Under the pieces are notes generated by a model. That model did not search any database. It was not told the DNA's origin and saw only the letters and a list, made by a program, of their open reading frames with translations. From Elusimicrobiota bacterium (lineage in GTDB: Bacteria > Elusimicrobiota > Elusimicrobia > Elusimicrobiales > UBA9959), in assembly GCA_037137395.1 (NCBI GenBank), contig JBAXKK010000004.1, positions 1 to 57,220 of the forward strand: a stretch of 57,220 nt of DNA. Reading direction: 5' to 3'. Shown here in pieces: positions 19,641 through 28,982 of the stretch (position 1 is its first letter; each line of letters begins with the position of its first letter). A program made the position numbers and the translations under genes.

Positions 19641-19751
19641 TAACATAGAGAAGCGTTACGGGGGATTTATTTTACCGAAGAACCAAGAGATGATTTGCGG
19701 GCGCGCGGATGCGCGTCGGCTGGCGTGCATTTAATTGGGAGGAAGAAAACT

Positions 19752-22700
19752 ATGCGTGGATTCACTAAAACAATTCTGGCGGCGGCGCTGTTGGCCGTAT
19801 CTTTAGGCGTGGCTTCGGCTCAGGTTGACCCTCCCAAATTAAACGTGTACATAAAGGACCAGCATGGCAATCCCGTGCAAGGCGTACAGGTTGCCGCGAT
19901 AGAATTTGGCATGAATGGCCCGTCCACTCATACTGTAATAGGCGTGACCGGCGCTGATGGAAAAGTAACGCCTTTTGACCTGACCATCAACAAGAATTAC
20001 AACCTCTTCTACAGTTCTCACGGCTATTCTCCCAGTATTTCCGACCAGTTCAATAATCCCGAATACGACCCTAACAGGAATGTGTATGCTACCGGCACTA
20101 ATATATATTATTCCACATTCACCTTAATCTCCGGCCTGACCAGGGTGGGCAGGCTGGTGCAGGAATTTACCGGCGCCACGGCAAATAAAATACTTTTTGG
20201 CGGCGTTTATAATATGAGTTCCCAGATGCAGGGCGGTTCAGGTATTGTGCGCGCCGACGGTTCCGGTAACGGCACACTTGTCGTGGATAATGTGCCTTAC
20301 GCCGAAGCTAATACCTATAATATCGGTCTTTACGACCCCGAACTCAACCGCGGCATAGGCCGCAACGTTATGACCGCGCTTAGCGGGAGTTCCCCTATAG
20401 TCGCCTATGTCGGAGTCGCTAAACTTGATTTTAACCAGTCGGTGCCTCCGGCCAGGGCCGAAAATACTGCTCAGCAGGGCGGCTCGGCTGCCGCGGGCGC
20501 AAGCGTTGAAGGCGTAATAATAAGCACCAATAGCAGTTTCACTCCTATTGCTCATATGGGGATCAGCATCAAAGCCTGCGTAGGCACCCAATGGAATAAC
20601 TGGAGCAATTCCGATGAGAACGGCCGGTTCCAGCTTTACGGTCTTACCCCCGGAGTTACGTATTATTTGCAGGTCATGGGTGGCTGCACATGGAGCCAGA
20701 ACGGTCCCGGCGCCTGCTATGAACCCTATAGCAGCGCGCAGTATGACGCGCAGGATATCTGCAGCGGAGCGGTTGATAATTCCAGCCTTGATCCGTCCGG
20801 GAACGACATAGTCTATGTCAGTTCCGATGTGAAGTTCCACCGCGTTACCCTGCGGGAGATGCCCAAGAGCACCGGGCAGATACGCGTGTACGTGAAATCT
20901 TCTTCCGGTTACAACATTCCTAACGCTAATGTGAATATAAATCCCGACGGCACCCCGTGGGGCAAGACCCCGACCAGCTGCGCCAGCAATGACTTCTCAG
21001 GGTATAGCTCAAACCCTGGTTTTTCCAACGCTAATGTCAACACCTCGGCCACCGGCTACGCCCTGTTAGACGGACTGCCCAGCGGCAACTACAGTATTAA
21101 TATCTGGACGCCCTTCTCCAGCGGCGGCAACGGACCTTCATCTTTTAATAGCGGCACCGACGGCCAGTTCGCTTTCGGTAACAATAGCAATGGTGGCGGC
21201 GACAACTGGCAGCAGGCGCATTGCCAGGGCTATGGCGTGGACGATTACCGCGTTACCATTGATACTGACCCCGTTACCAACGGCGGACTGACAATGCATG
21301 TGTATAACAGCAGCGGTACTCCAATCGCTCTTTCATCAATTACATATATAGTCGCGGCCGGCGGCAATGCGACCGGCGAAGTTAAAGGAACAGTCCGATT
21401 CTCCGGCCTGGTCGACCTGCGCGACAATCCCGTGATGATAACGCTGTATCCCCAATGCACCGGCATGGGTCAGTGCGGCCAGGGCAATTTCGGTGTCGTA
21501 AATTCAAGCGGTTCTGATCATTACGATTATTCCATTTCGGTAGCCAGCGGCGCGGCCTATAATATGAATGTCAACTCCGTGGGCTGGGGCCGCGTGAACC
21601 GCGGCGGCGGCGACAGCACTATACATCTTGAGTCCACCGGCACTTTCACTGTCAATATGGATTTCGAGCCGGCCGGCACGATAAGCGGCACGGTATACAA
21701 GCCAGACGGCACTATTTTTACTCCGACAACCAATCAGTACGTCTCAATTAACGCCAGCGGCAATAACGGTTGGGCCGGCACCCAGCTGCAGAAAGACGGG
21801 ACCTTTGTTATGAACAATGTCCTGCCGGGCATAAGCAGATTGTCGATTATGGCAGGCGGCGGCACCGGCACCGCGTTCAATTACGCGCTGCCTTCTCCGG
21901 CCCCCACGGTCACTGTTGTCGTTAACAGCACTGCCACCGTGAATCTTAACCTTGTTAAGGCCAACTATGTGGGAGTGGAAGCTACTCTGGCCTGGATGCC
22001 GGATCAGACTATTATCATGGACGGATCTAATGCCTTGCTGGGTTTTAGGGTGATCCCATTGCCGGCCGGTTCAGTTCTTAAAGGCGAAACTATCGCAAAA
22101 ATTCTCACCGGCAGTGACGAAGATGGTATGCGGATGCGCTACGCGCCGGCGTCTTCCGGCGAGGGGCCCTGCGGCCAGAACTGGGGCGGAGGTTTCTGCG
22201 CTATCGGTATGCCCTCGCCGTCGGTTTATGATTTCTATCTTATGCGGGCGGGTGATTTTGCTAAATCCACCGGAACCGTGAACAATTCGCCTTACCCGCA
22301 CTTCACGCTTATGAGTTCGTCCAAGAGCGTTATCATAGATGACGCACATGCCACGGCCAGTGTGCGCCCCGGGATGGGTATCCGCGTTTCCAGCGGCGTG
22401 CTGGTAAACCTTACCCCGGCCACCAATATGTCGGGCAGGGGCAACGCCACGCTGAGCGGCGCGATAACCGCGGCCAACTTCTTCCGGAGTTCAGATTATG
22501 ACGCGACCGGAGGGGATTTTGACAAGTTCGTAACCTACCTGCCGGTAGTGACGCTTTATGACGCCAATGGAGTGTTTAAAGCCGCGGGCATGGTGGTGCC
22601 GTCCCCGGCGTTCATCGCCGAACATGACAAGGAATTTAACGCCGCATTCTCGCAGGGCTATACCGCGTTTAAGGATCTGCTGGATTCAGCCGGTTCTTTC

Positions 22701-24629
22701 GGATATGAGATACGCTCGCTTGCTCTGTCAACCTGTTATACAGCGGTGCTGACAACCCCCAACTATCCTCCTTATCAGAGCAGGGTCTGCTCTGGGGGGG
22801 ATGGTTCCAACACCACTGTGTCTATAAATCTGGACGACGCCGTGGGCGCCGGAGCCACTCTGCAGGGCGTGGTTACCAGCACTGACACAAGCGTAACATT
22901 GGCCAACGTTGAGGTTCAGATCTCAGGTGAAAGCGTGGATCCCAAATCGGTGATAACCAACTCCTCAGGCGCCTATAAGTTTGAAGGCCTGCCGCAGGGA
23001 ACGGTGAGGATTAAAGCTACCATGAGTGGTTACGCTCTGGGTGAAGTCGAAAAAGACCTTAGCGACGCCGATACGTTTACGCAGAACTTCGCGCTTATCT
23101 CAGCCCCCGGTTCCATAACCGGCACGGTCTATTCTCAGAAACTTCCTTTCGCCAAGGTGCAGCCCGGCGCGCTGATCTACGCCTACGATGACACCTATAA
23201 CGGCACACATGACACCGTGCCGCTCTTAAAGACAATGACGGGGTCCGACGGCACTTATCAACTGACCGGGCTCGTTGACGGCGATGTTTATAAAATATTC
23301 CTTAAAGTGCCGGGAAAGTATACGCTGAAACTCTCCACGGTGGCGACCTCCGGAATTATTTCCGGCATGGACTTCACGATGCTGGCCAAGCCGCTTGATA
23401 TCGAGATCTTCGCCAAGCGCGGCGAGAGTTTCTACGAGTTTACCGTGCTGAATCCGCAGGATTTCAGGGAAGGTTCGGCGAAGTGGAGCGCCTCTCCTTA
23501 TAACGCGGGCGCGGCGGTCGACCTCCCCCTGGAAAAATTATCCAGCGGGGAACTGCGCGGAACCATACCGCTGACCTCCCTTACCGCGGGCATCACTTAT
23601 GTCCTGCGCGGAGACGCCACGTCTTATTCCAATAAGACGGTCACCAAGGAAATATTGTTCGGCAAAGATTATAAGGGTAATTCCGAACAGAATATCGACG
23701 ATATAATCCTGGGCGACGATTCCGAGGACGCCACCGGCAGGAAGAATAACGAGGCTTCCATGGACCAGAGCGGCGACGATCCGTCGGCGCTGGTTGTGCC
23801 GGCCGGAACTATGCAGACTTCCACCGCCGCTATACCGTCCTGCACCTTCCAGGGTGAGGATAAGGATAGTTCCGCCGTGGCCGATAAAGTGGCCGCGCTG
23901 GGCGCCGATGCCTTCGCCGGGAATCTCTATACCATAGCGCTTACCAGCGTGACCATAAACGACGGCAAGAGCTTCGAAGTCACGCTTGCCTACGATAAGA
24001 GCACCGCTGAACTTAACGACTTGAGCGTCGCCCAATATAACGACACTACTGCCGCGTGGGATACTATCCCTGGCGTAGCAACGATCAACCCTGTAAAGGG
24101 CACCGTTAAAGTGAAGCTTAAGAAACTCGCTTCAGTTCTGTCGGTCAGGGGCCGCCCCAGCTATTCAATAGCTTCGTTCGACGGGCGCGAGTATGCTATG
24201 AAGCCTCTCGCTGCCGCGCCGGCCACAACTTCCGGCACGTTCGCCGTCATAAAGCCGTCGGTCGCCGGCGGGGCTTACACCGGGGCCAAGCTGAAAGTGT
24301 TCAATGTTCCCAACCCCTTCAACCTGGACTCAAAGAGCGTCGCTACCACCTACACCGGAGCTCAGACTACTGACGGCACGCTTATCCACGTGGAAGTGCC
24401 TTCCGCGAACGCCGGCGCCGGGCATATACGTATCTACACCCTGGCCGGAGAGCTGGTGAGGGATATCAGTGTCACTTTTGTTGCCGGCCAGCATAACTAT
24501 GTTAACTGGGACGGCAAAAACAAAGGCGGCCAGGAAGTCGCCAACGGCGTGTATTACGGCATCGTCGAATTGTCCGGCAAATCGCCGAACATTAAAGACG
24601 CCACCTTCAAAATGGCTGTGATTAAATAA
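19752..24629 (+). CDS. Large secreted protein with carboxypeptidase-regulatory-like beta-sandwich repeats and C-terminal FlgD-Ig/T9SS-like sorting domain
   Basis: Signal peptide. Repeated G.I.G.V...G.Y...GL..G units. C-terminus NVPNPFN...IRIYTLAGELVR...WDGKNKGGQEVANGVY...KMAVIK. RBS ggagg. Confidence 0.8.
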   Translation: MRGFTKTILAAALLAVSLGVASAQVDPPKLNVYIKDQHGNPVQGVQVAAIEFGMNGPSTHTVIGVTGADGKVTPFDLTINKNYNLFYSSHGYSPSISDQFNNPEYDPNRNVYATGTNIYYSTFTLISGLTRVGRLVQEFTGATANKILFGGVYNMSSQMQGGSGIVRADGSGNGTLVVDNVPYAEANTYNIGLYDPELNRGIGRNVMTALSGSSPIVAYVGVAKLDFNQSVPPARAENTAQQGGSAAAGASVEGVIISTNSSFTPIAHMGISIKACVGTQWNNWSNSDENGRFQLYGLTPGVTYYLQVMGGCTWSQNGPGACYEPYSSAQYDAQDICSGAVDNSSLDPSGNDIVYVSSDVKFHRVTLREMPKSTGQIRVYVKSSSGYNIPNANVNINPDGTPWGKTPTSCASNDFSGYSSNPGFSNANVNTSATGYALLDGLPSGNYSINIWTPFSSGGNGPSSFNSGTDGQFAFGNNSNGGGDNWQQAHCQGYGVDDYRVTIDTDPVTNGGLTMHVYNSSGTPIALSSITYIVAAGGNATGEVKGTVRFSGLVDLRDNPVMITLYPQCTGMGQCGQGNFGVVNSSGSDHYDYSISVASGAAYNMNVNSVGWGRVNRGGGDSTIHLESTGTFTVNMDFEPAGTISGTVYKPDGTIFTPTTNQYVSINASGNNGWAGTQLQKDGTFVMNNVLPGISRLSIMAGGGTGTAFNYALPSPAPTVTVVVNSTATVNLNLVKANYVGVEATLAWMPDQTIIMDGSNALLGFRVIPLPAGSVLKGETIAKILTGSDEDGMRMRYAPASSGEGPCGQNWGGGFCAIGMPSPSVYDFYLMRAGDFAKSTGTVNNSPYPHFTLMSSSKSVIIDDAHATASVRPGMGIRVSSGVLVNLTPATNMSGRGNATLSGAITAANFFRSSDYDATGGDFDKFVTYLPVVTLYDANGVFKAAGMVVPSPAFIAEHDKEFNAAFSQGYTAFKDLLDSAGSFGYEIRSLALSTCYTAVLTTPNYPPYQSRVCSGGDGSNTTVSINLDDAVGAGATLQGVVTSTDTSVTLANVEVQISGESVDPKSVITNSSGAYKFEGLPQGTVRIKATMSGYALGEVEKDLSDADTFTQNFALISAPGSITGTVYSQKLPFAKVQPGALIYAYDDTYNGTHDTVPLLKTMTGSDGTYQLTGLVDGDVYKIFLKVPGKYTLKLSTVATSGIISGMDFTMLAKPLDIEIFAKRGESFYEFTVLNPQDFREGSAKWSASPYNAGAAVDLPLEKLSSGELRGTIPLTSLTAGITYVLRGDATSYSNKTVTKEILFGKDYKGNSEQNIDDIILGDDSEDATGRKNNEASMDQSGDDPSALVVPAGTMQTSTAAIPSCTFQGEDKDSSAVADKVAALGADAFAGNLYTIALTSVTINDGKSFEVTLAYDKSTAELNDLSVAQYNDTTAAWDTIPGVATINPVKGTVKVKLKKLASVLSVRGRPSYSIASFDGREYAMKPLAAAPATTSGTFAVIKPSVAGGAYTGAKLKVFNVPNPFNLDSKSVATTYTGAQTTDGTLIHVEVPSANAGAGHIRIYTLAGELVRDISVTFVAGQHNYVNWDGKNKGGQEVANGVYYGIVELSGKSPNIKDATFKMAVIK

Positions 24630-24732
24630 GGGTATAGGGTTCAGGGTAGGTAAGATGATAGACGATTAGCAGCCTTCAGCTACAACCTGAATGGTTGCTG
24701 GTATTCTTGCAAATATTCAAGAGGTGATTAAA

Positions 24733-25698
24733 ATGACTACCGGATTAATGAATTCAATAAAAAGCGCGGCTGCAAAAGCCGGGAAAGCCGTTATCCTTCT
24801 GTTTCTTGCCTTAACTATACCCTATACCCTGGCCCCTGACCCCTTATCTGCCGCTGGTGTGGGTACTACGGGCGCGGCGTTCCTTAAGGTGGGCGTCGGC
24901 GCCAGGGAACTCGCTATGGGTTCGGCCGCCAGCGCGCTTACAGAAGGCGCTAATTCGGTCAACTGGAATCCGGGCCGGCTTGCCGCCCTGACCAAAAAAA
25001 ATCTGACCGCCAGCTATAACGCGCTCTTTATAGACGAGTCTCAGGGCTTTATCGGCTACGCTTCACCCCTCAGCTCCAACATGGGCGTCATAGGCGTAGG
25101 CGTGAATTACCTGACCGTTTCCAATATCGAAAAGCGCGCCGGGGATACCGAGGACCCGGACTCAAAATTCAGCAATAACAACACTGCCGTAAACCTGTCT
25201 TACGCGCGGGCCGAAGTGCGCCCCGGGCTGGACCTGGGCGCCAGCCTGAAATATATACAGCAGAAACTGGACACCCGCAACGATAAGGCCATCGCGGTAG
25301 ATGTTGGTTCCGTTTATAAGGTAAATTCTGACTGGACCGCGGGGTTCTCCGTGCGGAACCTGGGCAGCAGCATCGGCCCTGATAAACTGCCGCTCACTCT
25401 TAAAGGCGGCGCGGCGACCCGGTTCCTGAACGGTAAGCTGACCGCGGCCGCGGATCTGGACTGGCTGGCCTATGACGAAAGGTTCTATGTTGACCTCGGC
25501 GCGCAATACGCGCTTAACGGCTACCTGGATTTCAGGGCCGGTTACCAGATCGGGCGCAGCCAGGATAAACTGGGCGGCTTGACCGGGTTAAGCGCAGGTA
25601 TGGGGCTTAAGCTGGAGCGCTTTAATCTGGACTACGCGTACGTGCCGTTCGGCGATCTGGGCGACACGCACAGGATGACCATCGGTTTTAACTTCTAA
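24733..25698 (+). CDS. PorV/PorQ-family outer-membrane beta-barrel
   Basis: GAAFLKVGVGARELAMGSA...NWNPGRLA and C-terminal DYAYVPFGDLGDTHRMTIGFNF. Confidence 0.85.
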   Translation: MTTGLMNSIKSAAAKAGKAVILLFLALTIPYTLAPDPLSAAGVGTTGAAFLKVGVGARELAMGSAASALTEGANSVNWNPGRLAALTKKNLTASYNALFIDESQGFIGYASPLSSNMGVIGVGVNYLTVSNIEKRAGDTEDPDSKFSNNNTAVNLSYARAEVRPGLDLGASLKYIQQKLDTRNDKAIAVDVGSVYKVNSDWTAGFSVRNLGSSIGPDKLPLTLKGGAATRFLNGKLTAAADLDWLAYDERFYVDLGAQYALNGYLDFRAGYQIGRSQDKLGGLTGLSAGMGLKLERFNLDYAYVPFGDLGDTHRMTIGFNF

Positions 25699-25719
25699 TA
25701 AAAACAACAGGAGCGCGCA

Positions 25720-26943
25720 TTGAAATATTTAGTTATAGCTTTGTTGATCTGCGTCCCGCGCATAGCGGACGCGAAAGGTGTTGAAGTAAGCGGAAAACTG
25801 GACCTTTTCGGAGGCCAGTATTTCTTTGAAAATCAAACCGGCGCTTTCAACGGCTACGGCGTTCTTGAGGCCCAGCTGGCTAAAAGTTACTCGTCCAGCT
25901 CGGGTTTTTTTGTCAGCGCCCGCTCTATCTACACCGGCTTCAAGCAGGTTAACGAACTGGCCGGCGGCGGCACCCTTTTCCAGCAGAGTCTGGACGATTC
26001 GCTCGGCGCTAAATGGATAAAGCGCTATGAAGGCGGGTTCTCCCTCAAGCCCCGGATAGGAATTAAAAATCAGCTTTTCCGGGAAACCAAGGACGAAAAA
26101 TGGGGCAAGGGCCTTTACGACTTCACCCGCTACGAAGCCGGCCTTACCCTTGAGCGCAAAACCCGTCTAGGGCTTTCTACGCCCTGGCTTTATCAGTTGT
26201 CCTGGGATATTTATTACACGCGCTATACGCGGTTCAAGTCGCTGGCCAGCCAGTACGGGCAGGAACTTGCCGCCCCGGATCCCGGCAGCAGAGTCCTTGA
26301 TACCGTTACAAATCAGCTTTCCTATGACAGCGAACTGGACCTTCCCGGCTTTATGAAGGCGAACCTCTTTGCCGCGGTCTCGCTGGTGGGGTATAACGAC
26401 CAAAAAGTTATAAACTCGGCCGGCAACTATCTTTCCTCCAAGCGGTCGGACTCCTACCAGGTGCTGAACCTGGGACTATCCAAACGCTATAATGATATCG
26501 ACGCGCTGGGGCGTATCCGGCCGGTGTTAGGCATGACAGTAGGGCTGGCCAATCTGTTCTCCAATCAAAATCATCTGGACACTGACCCGAAGCACTTGAA
26601 GTTTATTAGCGCTTATTACGATTATTTTGAAACGCGCCTGGCCCCCAACGCGCAGTTCACTTTTATTTCCTCCGGCCTGATCCTGAGGCTCGGCTATGAG
26701 TTCGCCGTGCGCAATTACACTGACAGGCTGGCGCAGGAATCGGACGGCGCCTATACCGAACGCAAGCTCGCGCAATATTCCAACAGCGTCAGTTTTGAGG
26801 CCGCCTATCCTCTGACGCGTTCAATGGACCTGAAGCTGCAGGCAAACTGGGCAGCCTCGCGCGCCAACAACCGCTACGAGCAGGTTTACCGCTACAATTA
26901 CGAGAGTTCAATGTATTTTACGGGTCTTGAGTGGAGATTCTAA
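25720..26943 (+). CDS. Putative outer-membrane beta-barrel protein
   Basis: TTG start with RBS aggag, signal peptide, alternating aromatic strands, C-terminal GLEWRF. Confidence 0.7.
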   Translation: MKYLVIALLICVPRIADAKGVEVSGKLDLFGGQYFFENQTGAFNGYGVLEAQLAKSYSSSSGFFVSARSIYTGFKQVNELAGGGTLFQQSLDDSLGAKWIKRYEGGFSLKPRIGIKNQLFRETKDEKWGKGLYDFTRYEAGLTLERKTRLGLSTPWLYQLSWDIYYTRYTRFKSLASQYGQELAAPDPGSRVLDTVTNQLSYDSELDLPGFMKANLFAAVSLVGYNDQKVINSAGNYLSSKRSDSYQVLNLGLSKRYNDIDALGRIRPVLGMTVGLANLFSNQNHLDTDPKHLKFISAYYDYFETRLAPNAQFTFISSGLILRLGYEFAVRNYTDRLAQESDGAYTERKLAQYSNSVSFEAAYPLTRSMDLKLQANWAASRANNRYEQVYRYNYESSMYFTGLEWRF

Positions 26944-26945
26944 GT

Positions 26946-28571
26946 ATGAAAATATTTTATGTTTTTCTTTGGCCTTTTTTAGCCGCGCAGCCCTGCTTTG
27001 CCATGACTTCCGATATAATAATGTCGCCGGAGGGCAAAGTGGAAGCACGCACCGGCCCCTCTTCAGAGTGGATTCAGGTGAAAGGTGACACAAAGATAGC
27101 CGTTGGCGCCGAAATACGCACAGGCAAGGATTCCACGGCCGGAGTCTTTTTTCCGGACGGTTCAAGATTTATGCTAGGCAACAACACTCTATTCTCGGTA
27201 GAAGCGACCGATAAAAAGAAGGCGGGCTTTCAGCTGAAATTAGGCCGCCTGAAGGCAGCCGTCGCCGGTTATTTTTCCAGCCGGTTCGAAGTGCGGACAC
27301 CGTCCGCCGTCTGCGCGGTGCGCGGCACAGAATTTGAACTGGATGTGGCCGATAACGGCGGCACCGAGATGAACGTTTCCGAAGGTCTGGTGGAAGTGAA
27401 CGACTCAAAAGGGGCGATGGCCGTCGTTTCTTCAGAGGAAAGGATAAAAGTCGGCATGGACGGCATGACACCGCCCGAGACGGTTTCGCTGAAGGACGAA
27501 AGAGCCGGCGACGCCGCGCGCCCCATGGCTGTGCGTCAGGAAACTGCCCGTGAGCGCACCCGCACCATGCTGGAAGAGCTGCGCAACCGCGAACTGAAAG
27601 CCAACGAAGCCCAGCTGGGTAAGGATTCAATAGACGCTTTCGGCAAGCGGGTCCGCATCGAGGAATACCTGCTGCGCCCCACCGACAAAGAATTTAAACT
27701 TCTGTTCCTCAGTCGCCGCGCCGAGGAAGACCGTCTCGACTGGGGCCACCTTATAGAGAGGTTCAATTCAAAGATCCCGGACGATATAAGCCAGGTCGGG
27801 GCGATAATAGACAGCATGTATTTTTCAAAGACCGCGCCCTCCAACTGGATGAAATATTTTGAAGTTTATCTGACCAACACGGTGGACAGTATAAAAGAGA
27901 CCATAGATTTCACCCAGCCTGTAGCCATTAACTTCGCTGGTTACGGGGCAGGCGTCCGGTATTATCCCGGGTCGATAGATTACAAACAGATACTTTCCGG
28001 TCCGGGTGTGGCCCTGGCCGCGGGCGCTGACGAGCGCGTGCAGTTCCGGCAAACGCAGGATTACAACTCCACCACGGCCAATCAGTTTACCTTTACGCAG
28101 AAAGTTGTTAACGGCTCAGGTGTGCTTGCCGTCCTTGAAAAAACGACTCTGGACCCTGCTGACAGCGTTAATGTCGCTGCCGGCGGAACCAATATTACGG
28201 ATAATGCTGGCCTTTGGGGAGGGCCTTTCCCGTCTGATCCTGATTATTCCGCCACTATCAACCCTGTGACCACGGAGGAATACCTGAGCGGCGCTGGGAA
28301 GGCTGATTATATGGTCACTACCGCGTATGAGGACGGTTCCACCCTTTCTTCGCGCAAACTGCTTGTGTTGAACGAGGGGGAAATTATGGACACAACATAC
28401 AACCCCGCCGATCCCGCCGGCTCGTTCCTTAAAGAGGGCAGCTTTAACCTTGAGTTAGTGGTTAACTCAAACCTTTTTCAGGGCCGCAACATAGACGTGT
28501 TATTGGCTCCTGAAATACTGTCGCAGAAAAAAGCGGCGACCGATACCCCGGACACCTTCGCCATCCAATAG
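26946..28571 (+). CDS. FecR-domain secreted protein
   Basis: GAEIRTGKDS...DGSRFMLGNNT, FEVRTPSAVCAVRGTEF, VSEGLVEV. Confidence 0.8.
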   Translation: MKIFYVFLWPFLAAQPCFAMTSDIIMSPEGKVEARTGPSSEWIQVKGDTKIAVGAEIRTGKDSTAGVFFPDGSRFMLGNNTLFSVEATDKKKAGFQLKLGRLKAAVAGYFSSRFEVRTPSAVCAVRGTEFELDVADNGGTEMNVSEGLVEVNDSKGAMAVVSSEERIKVGMDGMTPPETVSLKDERAGDAARPMAVRQETARERTRTMLEELRNRELKANEAQLGKDSIDAFGKRVRIEEYLLRPTDKEFKLLFLSRRAEEDRLDWGHLIERFNSKIPDDISQVGAIIDSMYFSKTAPSNWMKYFEVYLTNTVDSIKETIDFTQPVAINFAGYGAGVRYYPGSIDYKQILSGPGVALAAGADERVQFRQTQDYNSTTANQFTFTQKVVNGSGVLAVLEKTTLDPADSVNVAAGGTNITDNAGLWGGPFPSDPDYSATINPVTTEEYLSGAGKADYMVTTAYEDGSTLSSRKLLVLNEGEIMDTTYNPADPAGSFLKEGSFNLELVVNSNLFQGRNIDVLLAPEILSQKKAATDTPDTFAIQ

Positions 28572-28595
28572 CCTCCGGGCCATGCCTCGTTCTTC

Positions 28596-28962
28596 AAAAA
28601 GGTAGCGTCTACCTTTTTTGCCTTTTGCCTTTTTGAAAAAAGTCTTTAAAAATGAAGGATTTTTTCCGCTAACCCATTAAAAAAGCATCTTTAAAAAAGG
28701 TAGACGCTACCTTTTTGTGGCCGCCCGCCCCTTTGAAGTCGCAAAATGCGACCTTAAAGCTTTAGCCCCATCCGTGGTCAACTGAAACACAAAATCTGCC
28801 GGGAATCTTTCTTTATTACGCCGAATCTGTCTGGTTACGCCAAAAAGGTAGCGTCTACCTTTTTTGCCTTTTGACTTTTTGAAAAAAGTCTTTAAAAATG
28901 AAGGATTTTTTTCGCTAACCCATTAAAAAAGCATCTTTAAAAAAGGTAGACGCTACCTTTTT
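28596..28962. repeat. Two near-identical ~120-bp REP-B REPIN units (28596-28716, 28842-28962)
   Basis: Each unit is REP-B, a shared AT-rich spacer, then inverted REP-B. Confidence 0.9.
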
Positions 28963-28982
28963 TATTAAAGGTATAATTTCTT

